Positions 49,571 through 61,203 of a stretch of DNA of 64,000 bases are shown here, piece after piece. The notes beneath the pieces are model-generated. The model ran no database searches. It was not told where the DNA came from and worked only from the letters and a program-made list of their open reading frames with translations. The position numbers and the translations under genes were made by a program. Source of the stretch: Camelus dromedarius (Eukaryota); NCBI RefSeq assembly GCF_036321535.1, contig NC_087436.1, positions 86,492,001-86,556,000 on the forward strand, read 5' to 3'. Within the stretch, counting starts at the first letter, position 1. Each line of letters starts with the position of its first letter.

Positions 49571-50138
49571 CAGTCAATTCTCCATATTCCCAGTAACTGT
49601 ATTCTGCAAAGTCATTGCAAACACTGAATGAGCAAATACTGAACATTGCTCCCAGGAGAAATACAGGGTTAGCTTCCTGCAAGCTTCTGGACACATTTTC
49701 AGCACCCCAGCAATAGCCTTTTTCATGCATGTCTCTGTTTACAGACACCTTCTTTAGTATAGATTGTTGATTCATTCACGTTGAACTCATGACCAGCAGC
49801 ACCATAACTCGAGCCTGAATGTAACTTACCCGACACACCCGCGTCCTCTGCAAGGCACATCACGGCCTGTCGTACTGCAGCCTGATGCTTGGGGGCCACT
49901 GTAAGTAGTGAAATCACCAATGGAAAGCACAAAAATGCCAAAAAAAAAAATTTGTGACACTAAATAGACCATGAAAAGGATGCCTGTTTACAGTACGAGA
50001 GCTGCTGAAAGAAGGCAGATGTATCTGAGCATGTCCATGTGTAAAAGGGCCACGAGCATTGAATTTGGGGTTACAAATGACTTTCAGTAACCAGAGGAAT
50101 CCACAGCTATGGAATCCACAAATGATGAGGATCGACTG
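49571..50138 (+). mobile_element. MER82-like TcMar-Tigger MITE (second copy)
   Basis: ta-cagtcaattctc...gctcccaggagaaatacagggttag...aatgatgaggatcgactg; colinear with 41972-42556. Confidence 0.82.
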
Positions 50139-53100
50139 TGTAAGCATCCTGTTCTGAGTGACAGGATTTTTCACTGCCTTGTTACTAATTTAAAAGCCTC
50201 TGTTTTAAGCAAGGGCTCCTGGAATATGATAGAGCTCAGGTAAAAAGAAAACTCACACAGTGCTGTTACCCCCTCCCCTTTTTTATCTGAGAAATTATTC
50301 TTGTGGAAAAATACTCATTTTCCCAAAGATGATTGAAGGTTCCCCCCTACCAACCAATGAAGCATAATAGTAAAAAAACAAACAAACAAAAAAAAAACAA
50401 CAGTGTCTGTATATTGTGTAGATTTTGGCTTTTCACTGGAACAGTGCCTTGGAGTAATAAGAAAAATAGATGTATTTGTGGTCCTTATTATGGATACATA
50501 GAGAGGATCTTTTTTTTCCTCCTTTTTTCAAAATGATATGATCCATTAAAAAAAATCAAACCTGTAATGTAAAACAAAGTAAAACAAAAGGCTTAATCCA
50601 AGCCAGGGGAGTTGGTCCCAGTGTTGTCCAGCTGAAATCTGATGGGAAGAGGCACACACTGAGCGCCACCACCCTGATCACCCCAAAGACTGAGCAGGCA
50701 TGGGGAGTGGGTGTCTTTTCCCACCTCCCAGGTCTGAGCCTGTCCCTGACCTCTGGTTCAATTCTGCTGTGACACCCGTGGGGCAAACAGCTTTGCTGCT
50801 GGTTCAGAGACCCTTGGTCTGGGCTGCAGCCCGTGGGCAGATGAGCCATTTGGAAGGCACATCACATCTTTTACAACATTCCTTCTTTCCAGATTTGGGA
50901 GTGAAGCCACACTTGGCACTGCCTGGGACATATTTGAAAGGATGGGCCAACACAGAGCAGAAGGAGCCAGAACGAGCTCTTAGCGCTGAAACTCTGCCCC
51001 TTTGCTAGAGTCGGCATGAGCTTGGTCTGTTTTTTGGTGGCAAGAACCTTGTAGCCATTATTCTGGTTTCTGGAGCAGCTTCCAGTCCTGTTTCATTTGT
51101 AGACGCACCTAGGGATGGCTGGAGGCGGGGAGGTGGGGCTTCCCCATCCCTTCATCACAAGTAGCTCCCTCCTCAGCCCAAACAAATATTCTAAACCTGT
51201 GCGCCTGCCACATGGGCTTGGCTTCAAGATGTCTTTACTTACCTTGTCCTTCCAACTGAATGGCTGCCTTCAAGCTTTGCCTAATAGAAATCTTTGAGAT
51301 GATTCTGTTCCTAGTGAGCTTGAGTTTCATTCCCACGTGAAAACGTGAAGAGGCACTAAAGAAAAATGCCTTCAAGTTGGAGTCTTCTCTGTTGGTGGCT
51401 TCCTAAATGCTGTTTCCCTCAGAGACTTGTGAAGTCGGAATTAGGTAAACCCCAGGTCCTCTTGACCCAGTGCTGAGCACCCCCACTGAGCATCTGTCCT
51501 GGAATCCTCCTGTGGGAAGTGCAGAAGGAGGGCTGACTAATGAGGGCACAGGCTCCTTAAAAAGCTCTTCTAGATGCTTCAGAGGGGCAGCTATGGTAGT
51601 GGAGATTTTAACAGGTTCCAAGTAAGCTCAGAGAATGACATTTGAGCAAATTGTGGCATCCATCTTCAGAAGGATGCTAACCCAAGACTGACACCCAAAA
51701 GCACATTTAAAAAAGAGAAATAAAATACTTTGCTTCCATACATTCTACAAGTATTTGATTTTTTTTTAATGTTTGAAATTTTCCTTAGGTTGAGAGAATT
51801 CAGTTTGTGATTATTTCATTTGATTGGAGTCAAAGCAAAAAACCAACTCAAAGCAAGAAACCTTGTCTTGGTTTTCTGTAATGGAGTTCCTCTACACACG
51901 AGAGCTTACTCTCGGTAGGAGTTCTCATGGAAATAATGTGAGAGTCGATCTAAGTTATTTGGAAGTAAGTTTAACTTTCAACAAGATTGCTCAGCTCTGT
52001 TAGGATCAGTTTAACAAAACTTAATTGGGCTTTTCTTACAAATGTTAATGAGCAGTTCACATTGGGAAGGATAATGAACACATCCTGAGGACCATGCTGT
52101 ACCACCTAGGATTATGATGAGAGAGTGAAGAGGATGGGGAGGCCCATAGGTAATCGACAGCTCCAAACCCGGTCCTCTTCTCACCATCTAGGGGGGTCTT
52201 ATTACACTAGCTAAACTTTCTTTCTCCATGAAGACACCAGTGTTCTAAGAGACACAGGCTGGGCACAAAGCTTTGACTGTCCCATGCCACAGCCCCATGA
52301 AAACCTGTAAGTGTACCTGGGGCCAGTGAGGCTGACGGGGACAAGCAGGAGCTATGCTGGAGCAAGTGGTGCTCCCCTCCTGTACACCCAAGCCGGCCTT
52401 GGATCCTTGACCACTCATCACACAGTGTTTTCCATCAAAGATGTGTGAGGAATGAAGGTCCAGTCATCCAGGCTACTTGGCCACACTCCTGGCTTCACTT
52501 TTCATTTTATACTTTTAACAAAGACAGGCATACGGTGTACCTTTTTTTATTAGATTTCAAAAGTAAAATTAACAGTCAAGTTTTTATGATTGTAAAGCTC
52601 TTTTCTGAAGCCCCTAAGGAAGCACGGAACTTTCTTTGGATCACAAAAGAGCCGAAGAACTTGTTTCCCTTCCTTGGTTTGTCTCTCTGTGGTGAAAAGA
52701 ATGTAAGGAAATGACTTTTGTCTGAGCAGTGATGTGAGTTTTCTCTGTATTGGCTAACTCCACATTTTGTCAGCTGTCCATATGGCTTCTGGTGCCCTTC
52801 CAATCTGGCTGCCACGCTGAAGTTAGAGGATCTTTTCAAAATGCTCTTATGCCCAGCATCTGACACCGTCCCTTGCTCAAAGGATATTCCACAGAGACTC
52901 AATAAATGAATGAATGAGGAAATGAACACGAGCTTGCAGGTAGCTAACCCCTATTTATTTTTTCTTCTTTTAAAAAAGCTTTATTGAGTTATAATTCAGA
53001 CACCACAAAATTCACCCTTTTAAAGTGTACAATTCATTTACAAGGTTGTGTAACTATCAACACTCAAATTTCAGAGCATCTTTATCACCCCAAAACGAAA

Positions 53101-53204
53101 ACCAGACCCCGTCACAGTCCCTTTCCATCTCCCCACCTCTGCTCAGCCCCTGAAAACTTCTAATCTATTTTCTATCTCTATGGATTTGCCAATTCTGGAC
53201 ATTT

Positions 53205-53548
53205 CTTTTATTTTTTTAAGTATTTATTTATTTATTTATTATTGAAGTACAGTCAGTTACAATGTGTCAATTTCTGGTGTACAGCACAATGTCCCCATCA
53301 TGCATATACATACATGTATTTCTTTTCATATTCTTTTTCATTAAATGTTATTACAAGATATTGAATATAGTTCCCTGTGCTATACAGAAGAAACTTGGGG
53401 TTTTTAAAATCTATTTTCATATATGGTGGCTAACATTTGCAAATCTTAAACTCCCAAATTTATCCCTTCCCACCATCATTCCCCCTGTAACCATAAGATT
53501 GTTTATTATGTCTGTGAGTCTGTTTCTGTTTTGCAGATAAGTTCATTG
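53205..53548 (-). mobile_element. Young L1 3' end nested in an L1MB
   Basis: ttattgaagtacagtcagttacaatgtgtcaatttctgg...ccctgtgctatacagaagaaac; flanking tgga(c/t)attt duplication. Confidence 0.85.
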
Positions 53549-54955
53549 GTTGGATATTTTTCAAAAGTGGAATCATATGATATGTGGCCTTTTGTATCTG
53601 GTTCCTTTCACTTACCATGTTTTCAAGGTTCATCCATGGGTGGTATGTATCAGTACTTCATTCTTTTTTATTGGTGAATCGTATTTCATTTCATGGATAT
53701 ACTGCATTTTGTTTATCCATTCATCAGTTCATGAAAATTTGGGCTGTTTCCATTTTTTGGCTATTCTAAAGAATGCTGCTATGAACATTCATGTACACAT
53801 TTTGTGTAGATGTATATTTTTAATTCTCTTAGGGATAAATATATCTAGGAGTGGAATTGCTGGGTCGTAGGAATCTCAGTTTAACATTTTGAGGAACTAC
53901 CAAACTCAGAAGTGGCTGCTCACATTTTACAAACTCAGCAATGCTTTCCAACATTTTTTGTTTGTTTGTTTGCTTGCTTGGTTTTATTTTGTTTTGCCAT
54001 TTTTAAGTGTACGGTTTAGTGGCATTAAGTACATTCACTCATTGTGTAACCATCACCATCTCCAGAACTTTTTCATTTAATCAACCTGAAACCCTGTACC
54101 CACTAAACAATAACTTTCCATTCCTCTCTCCCTCAGCCCCTTGCAACCACTATTATACTTTCTGTGTCTATGAATTTGACTACACTTGGTATCTCGTATA
54201 AGTGGAATCATACAGTATTTGTCCTTTTGGGATTGGCTTATTTTACTTAGTGTTGTGTCTTCAAGGTTTAACTATGTCATAGCCTGTGTCAGAATTTCCT
54301 TCCTTTTTAAGGCTGAGTAATATTCCATTGCATGTCTGTATACTATTTTGTTTATGCATTCATCCATTGATGGATACTTGGGTTGCTTCAACCTTTTTGC
54401 TATTGTTAATAATGCTGTTCTAAACATGAATATACAAATATCTGTTTGAGGTTTGAGTCAGTGCTTTCAGTTCTTTTGGATATATACCCAGAAGGGGAAT
54501 TGCTGGATCATATGGTAGTTCTATGGTTTTGGTTTTTTTTGCTTTTGTTTTTTTTTTTGAGGAACTATTGTTTTCCACAGTAGCTTCACAATTTTACATT
54601 CTCATCAGCAATGCACAAGAGTTCTAATTTCTCCACATCCTGGCCTGACATTATTTTCTGTTTGGTTTTTTTTTTTTTTAATAATAACCATCCTAGTGAG
54701 TGTGAAGTGATACCTCATTGTAAGCCAGCATTTGTGTTGTCTGTACTTTTTATTTCAGGTATCCTACTGGGCATGGAGTGGTATCTCATGGTTTGGTTTG
54801 CATTTCCTTAATAACTGTGATGTTGAGCAACTTTTCATGTACTTATTGACCATTTGTGTATCTTCTTTGGAGAAATATCTATTCAAATCATTTGCCCGGT
54901 TTTTAACTGGCTTGTTTGTCTTTTTGTTGTTGAGTTGTAAGAGTTCTTTATATAC

Positions 54956-55016
54956 TTTTTTTTTTTTTATTGTTTCCACTTTATTGCTCAAACACAGAAC
55001 TTGAGGTGAGCCTGGT
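54956..55016 (-). pseudogene. Micro-retrocopy: about 48 nt of an mRNA 3' end plus poly(A)
   Basis: - strand accaggctcacctcaagttctgtgtttgagcAATAAAgtggaaacaat(A)13; TSD gagttcttta(t/c)ata at 54941-54954 and 55017-55030. Confidence 0.75.
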
Positions 55017-56299
55017 GAGTTCTTTACATATTCTGAAGACAAGTTCCTTATCTGATACACGATCTGCTAATATTTTCTCACATTCCATGGGTCCTCTTTT
55101 CATTTTCTTGATGGTGTCCTTTGAAGCACAAAAATTTTAATTTTGATGAAGGCAAACTTACTTATTCTTATGTTGTTTTTTCTTATGTTTTATATCTAAG
55201 AAACTATTGCCTAATTCAATTGTCAATTCATGGAGATTGACTCATGTTTTCTTCTAAGAGTTTTAGCTTCTTGCATTTAAGTCAATAATCCTTTTTTTAA
55301 AATTGAGATATAATTGACATATAACATTAGCTTTAGGTATAAAACATAATGATTTGATATATGTATATATTACAAAAATGTGTATATATTTATGATTCCC
55401 AGAAAAAGTTAACATCCATCACCACACATAGTTATGAAATTTTTTTCTTGTAATAAGAACTTTTAAGATCTAATTTTTTAGCAACTTTCAAAAATACAAT
55501 GTAGTATTTTTAACCATAGTAACCATGCCAATGATCCATTTTGAGTTAATTTTGATGTATGATATGCCTACAATTTTTAAAAATATTAACCAAAAATATA
55601 TAAATCTTTTTTAAAACAGTTGAATTTAGTCTGCCAAAGAGGGCTGTTGCTTCAATGCTGGGCAGCTTCCCTAACTAGAATCCTTTTTTTATGAATTCTT
55701 TAAAAATGAACAAGGATGTTTATATGTAAATTTTTTCTGGTCTTTAGCTGTATATACATTGTATTTATAGAAAATGTTTGAGTATTTTATTTAGCCAATT
55801 ATTTAATAAGTTTTTGTGTTCCTAAAGTGCATGCAGATCTCCAAGCAGTGGATGGTCCACAGGGCCAAATACTGCAGAAAGGTCAAGGTGAAGGACAACC
55901 AGGAAAGGCCTTTGGGCTTGGTGGTTAAAGATCATACGTGCCCGTGAGGATGCAAGTTCAGCAGAGTGGAGGGTAGGCAGTGAGGGCCATGAAGTCACAG
56001 CAAAAGACACTACTTGTTGAGGAAAGGAGAGAAACAGGATAGTGATTAAAAGGTATAGTCAAGTAAAGAATCGTTTGGGAAGCTGAAACATGAGTGTGTT
56101 GACGAAGATGAGCTGAAGACGCTCAAGAAAAGGAGGAACTGAGAGCCCATTTCTCAGAGGCAGGCAGAAAGGACGGCGTGAAGAGCACAGGTTACCCAAG
56201 TAATCTGGAGATCAGAAAAGCCTATATTCTTTTGAGGATGTAACTATCTGTATATAGATCTTTCAGTGAAAAGTTGTCATTTAAACTAAAAGAAGTTCA

Positions 56300-56500
56300 A
56301 AACGTAGAACTTGAGCTCCAGGCGCCAACAGACCTGGGATTAAATTCTGGTTTTGCTACTCATTAGCTGAGCAACCTTGGGTAAGCTGTGAGACTCTTCT
56401 AGACTTCAGCTCCCTCTTCTGTGAATTGGGGACAATAATAGACCCACCTCGTCAGGTTGTTTGTGTGAGGATTAAGTGAGGACTACACATAAATCTCTTA
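56300..56500 (+). mobile_element. MIR SINE
   Basis: cagacctgggattaaattctggttttgctactcattagctgagcaaccttgggtaag...gtgaggattaagtgag. Confidence 0.8.
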
Positions 56501-57813
56501 ATAGTTACAGATTCTCTGTAGCTCTCACAAGAATAAAACACATCCATGTGACTTCAAGGGAGAATTCTCCTCCTACCATTTAGTCATAATACTCCTGACA
56601 AATATCTGAGAAGCACATATGGTTAGCATAAGAAAGCTCTTGACTCATCTTCACTCATGTTATATGGAGTCAGAGCTCTTTCCCCTTCCATCCTCTGGTG
56701 TGAGGGCTATGATATTAGCCCTCATTTTAGCCAGGCAAGTCACAGCGGCTGACCTGGATGTATTGTAGCCGCACAGTGTATGCAGCGCTGCGTGGGTGCA
56801 CGGTCCAGGGTGATGGACCCTGAGTAGTAACATCAGAAGACCATTTTGAAATCTCTTCCAGCCCTGAGCTGGGATAAGTTATTGAGGCTCTTTATAACTA
56901 AATACCGCCACGCAACGTTTTCCCTAATCTCTGGGTAATGAAAAGGCAAGCTGTTTTCACCTTTCTTGTACAATCCTATTCACTTCTGGAAAAAAACTCA
57001 TGAAAACTCCCCTCCCAAAGAATAATATTTTACTTCTAAGAGAAATGAAATTGTGAAAGAAAAGGCCATTGACTTCCAGTTAACGTGAGTTAGATTTTCA
57101 AGGCTGGTGACATACACAATGGTGGGCGATCTTTCCAGCAACATACGCATCCGCCCAATACGTACTCTCTCCAGCAGTGCTGTTTTTTCCCAGTAAATAC
57201 AAGTAACTGCACTGCGTTAGGGGTATTTGGTTCTCTCAGAAATGTTTCATTTACACTTTTAAACCTTTTCCCTCTCGTGAGCTTCCTGCTTTGTTTTCTT
57301 TACTGTATCCTGTTGTAATAAGAGGATTTTGTTTTTATACCAATTTGGAAAACTTCCTTCCTGGCATTCAGATTTCTCTTCAGATGTCAGAATGAGAGAT
57401 AATGGCCCTTTGCTAGCCGTCGGGTGGGGGAGTGATGGAGGAACAAGGACCGCTGTAGTGTGTCCGGGCTGGCCAGGTTGGCGTCTCCATGTGTGAGAGC
57501 GGCCCAGTGTGTGCCAACAGCGCCTTACTGTTTACTCCCACGACACCGGGGCATTAACATGCAAGGCTAGTGTTTCGAAAATTGTCAGCATTTTCTAATC
57601 TACGCACTCTTTGAAACGTCAATGGGTTTTCTAAAGAACTTAATCACTCAGAACAAAGTTGGATTTATTGCAAATGCCAACGTTCTTGATCAAAATCCGC
57701 TCTTCCTGGCTTACGACATGCCCACATCTTTCTGAAGCAGGTTCCACTCAATAGTTTCCTACTTGTGAAAAACTGAAAATACAATAAATCATGCTTTTTA
57801 AAATATCTAGGCA

Positions 57814-57979
57814 GGGGAGGGTATAGCTCAGTGGCAGAGGGTGTGCTTAGCATGCACGAGTCCTGGGTTCAATCCCCAGTACCTTCATTTAAAAAGTAAT
57901 AATAATAATAAATCAATCAATAAATCTAATTACTTCCCTATCCCCCCAAAATCCAAAATAAATAAATTTAATTTTTTGT
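57814..57979 (+). mobile_element. Vic-1-type camelid SINE
   Basis: ggggagggtatagctcagtggcagag...gggttcaatccccagtacc; TSD aaat(a/g)tctagg(c/t)a at 57801-57813 and 57980-57992 after ttttt/aaaa. Confidence 0.92.
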
Positions 57980-58914
57980 AAATGTCTAGGTAACTAGAGG
58001 AAACTTATAACTTTAGTGTAACTTGCCTATGAAAGAGATTTTGAAAACTTACTATCCTCCAGAGCCCTGTTCAAATAAAACCTCAATTTCCCAAAGTTGT
58101 CTACATCAGATTATATTAATATCTAACAAATATTAGAATTTTAGTGTTTAAAGCAACTTGTGGTGGGTGAGGGAAGACTCAGGAGATTGCTTAGTCCAAC
58201 TCCCTCACTTACTAACAAGGAGACAGAACCCAGGGAGATGAGATGAAATTACCAAAGTAACTCACCCCATATCAGCACTGTATTCAGAACTCAGCTCTCA
58301 ACCCAGAGCTGACTTCATGTCATGCCCTAGCTTCTGTCTTTTGAGGTAGGATCTGGTAAATTAAAATATAATAAGAAAACATAATATGGTCTTTTCAGAA
58401 GTTTAAACTAGATTTTCTTTTTTAACCCTTAGCCACTGCCCAGTCTCCTGTTGCCGTAACTGTCTGGTTCTCTCTGATGCTAGTAAACTAGACAACTGAC
58501 CAGAATCATGTGACTGTGGCAGAAGGGAGTGAGTCCTGAGGTCAAATCCACCCAAGATGTGGTACCTACACTTGGGTGGATTTGGCACATCTCATTGATC
58601 CACATGTTGTTCCATCAAACGAACATTGACTAGGCACCATTACATGCAAGGAAGCAAGTAGGGCCAGAATCCCCACAAATAACAGGAAAATATAATGATC
58701 TCTCTGCCCTTGAGAAGCTCACAATCTAGTACTGAAGACTGATAGGTACATAAACAACCTGCAGTCCGAGTGCTGTCATGAAAGGATGTCCACCTTCTCT
58801 GGAGGGTTCAGAGGAGCCTAAAGAGGGAAGGGGATTCTGGACAGAGAGAGGGTGCTACAGAGGATATAATTTTTGGAGGATATAATTTGGCTCAGTCCTC
58901 CATAGTAGCTAGAG

Positions 58915-59072
58915 CTGTGCTTCTGAAACTTTAATATGCATGCAAATCACTTGGGGTTCTTGTTCAACTACAGATTCTGATTCTGTAGGTCAGGAAAGAG
59001 CTCTAAAATTCTGCACTGCTGACGAGTTCCCAGATGATGTCACTGTGTCCTGTGGCTCTTTGAGTAGCAAGG
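58915..59072. mobile_element. MER5A1-like MITE
   Basis: aaactttaatatgcatgcaaatcacttgggg...cagattctgattctgtagg...ctttgagtagcaagg. Confidence 0.75.
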
Positions 59073-59476
59073 AGTTGCAGGGTGGATCAGCTAGGAGTCA
59101 GTTAGTAAAGTGTTTTGAAGGTCACGTTATAGAATTTGGAGTCTCTCCTGAAAGTAACAGGAGTAAGAAATATACTTGAATAACCTGAAACTGACGTTGG
59201 CTTTCTAAGTTTATTGGAAGCTCAAAAGACATTTCCTGCAGGAAGCTTTCTCACGCTTCCCTGGATGGAATGTCACGTGCATACCTTCATTTAGAGCCAG
59301 TTGCCCTATAAGGTAACACTGATTCACCCATTTATCAAGTTCTCTTACTAAGCACTGGAAGGACAATCCTTTTCAGCGTTGAATCCTCAGACTGAGTGTA
59401 CCTAACCCCTACCACTGTATCTGACCCGTTGGGATTTGTCCATAAACTGTGAACATACGACGTTCTTGCTCTAGAT

Positions 59477-59661
59477 CAGTGGTTTTCAAATGTTCACATG
59501 CATCAGAATCACAGGGCTTATTAAAGCAGAGATTGCTGCACCCCACCCTCAGCGTTTGTGATTCGGTAAGTCTGGAGTGGAGCCTGAGAGTTCGCGTTGC
59601 AAACATGCTTACAGGTGATGCAGATGCAAGTGGTCTGGGGACCACACTTTGAGAACCATTG
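59477..59661. mobile_element. MER5A (hAT-Charlie)
   Basis: TIRs cagtggttttcaaa / tttgagaaccattg; 8-bp TSD ctctagat/gtctagag matching the Charlie NTCTAGAN target. Confidence 0.9.
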
Positions 59662-59714
59662 GTCTAGAGGAGACCACTGATTGCTTCCTACCAAGTAGTG
59701 TTATGAGATAGAGG

Positions 59715-59915
59715 AAGTTAATGGCTTAAAAGCATGGACCCTAAGCTGTGGAATCTCAGGCAGATTATTTAACCTCTCCAGGCCTCAGAGTGTTCATCCA
59801 CAAAATGAAAATGGTAATTACAGCACCTACCCCCAAGGGCCAATATGAGGATCCAATGAGCTAATAGATATAAAACCATCAGGAATTGCCAATAAGTACT
59901 AACGGTTATTGCTAA
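59715..59915 (+). mobile_element. MIR SINE
   Basis: ggcagattatttaacctctccaggcctcagagtgttcatccacaaaatg...atgaggatccaatgagctaa. Confidence 0.75.
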
Positions 59916-60129
59916 AGGAGCTCACCTCACTTGCTGATGGCACAGAGAGACTAAAACAGCTTTTTAGCGAAGCTGCAATATGTTTCTTTATAAGTCAGTT
60001 TGACAAATATGAGCTGAATCCCTAATCTTTTAAATCTGTAGGAATGTCATAGCCCCAGTTGCATTTTTGTAACCACAGTTTTAATACTTTTTAATCTTTA
60101 AAACATTGACTCATGTTTGTTAAAAAATG

Positions 60130-60850
60130 TATGCTTCACACCCGTTGGGATGATTATAATAAAAAAGACAGACAATAACAAATGTTGGTGGAATTGGAAC
60201 CTTCATACACTGCTGGTGGAAGCGTAAAATGGTGCAACCACTTGGGAAAACAGTTTGGCAGTTCCTTAAAAAGTTCAACACAGAGTTACCATGTGACCCA
60301 GCAATTTCATTCCTGGGTATATACCTAGTAGAACTGAAAACATATATTTTCACAGAAATGTTTACATGGATGTTCATGACAACATCGTTCATTACTAGTA
60401 GCCAAAATATGAAAAGAACCCAATGTCCTATCAGTTGATGAACACCTAAACAAAACGTGGTCTATATGTGTACGGTGGGCTAACATTCAACCATAAAAAG
60501 GAGTGAAACATTAATTCATGCTACAACATGGATAAAACTTGAAAACATTATGCTAAGTGAAAGAAGTCTGATGCAGAAGGCCACATATGGTATGAGTCCA
60601 TTTACATCAAATGTCCAGAGAGACAGAACGCAGCTTAGTGGTCACCAGGGCTGGGGAAAGAAGGGAATGGGGAGTGACTGATAATGGCATGGCATTTCTT
60701 TGGGGATGATGAAAATGTTCTGGAATTAGATATTGGTGATAGAGCGCGGTGATGCACAGTCTTGTGAAGATACTAAAAACCACGGAATTATATGCTTAAG
60801 AGGATAAATTTTATAGTGTGTGAATTATATCTTAAAGTAAAACAAAAAAT
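60130..60850 (+). mobile_element. L1MB-like ORF2 end and 3' UTR
   Basis: ORF 60229..60438 MVQPLGKTVWQFLKKFNTELPCDPAISFLGIY (L1 ORF2 C-terminus); ggggatgatgaaaatgttctggaattagat. Confidence 0.85.
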
Positions 60851-60899
60851 TTAAGAACCTATAATCCTACTTGGAGAGAATAACATGTTTATCTTAGAA

Positions 60900-61203
60900 C
60901 TGCACCATCCAGTAAGGTAGCCACTAGCCACGCGTGGCTCTTGAGCTCTTGAAATGTAGCCAGTCCAACTTGAACTGTGCTATAAGTGTGAAATAGACAC
61001 TGGACTCAAAGACAGTTAAAAAAAGAATGTTCATTATCTAAATACATTTTTAACATTAAAATATTATTTGGGGATATATTTAGTTAAATAAAACATAATA
61101 TTAAAATTAACATACCTGTTGATTTTTACTTTAAAAAATGTGGCCACTAGAAAATAAAAAATTCTGTATGTGGTTCGCATGATCCTTCTATTGGCCAGCT
61201 CTG
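60900..61203. mobile_element. MER33 (hAT-Charlie)
   Basis: ggtagccactagccacgcgtggctcttgagctcttgaaatgtagccagtcc...aaatgtggccactagaaaa...ttctattggccagctctg. Confidence 0.8.

Larger units (their letters stand above)
52965..55570 (-). mobile_element. Nested L1 cluster (L1MB host with L1MA-type and young L1 inserts)
   Basis: Several successive reversed L1 3' ends (about 52975, 53205, 53960, 55290); ORF 54764..55060 contains YKELLQLNNKK...DLNRYFSKEDTQMVNKYMKSCS (L1 ORF2). Confidence 0.85.
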
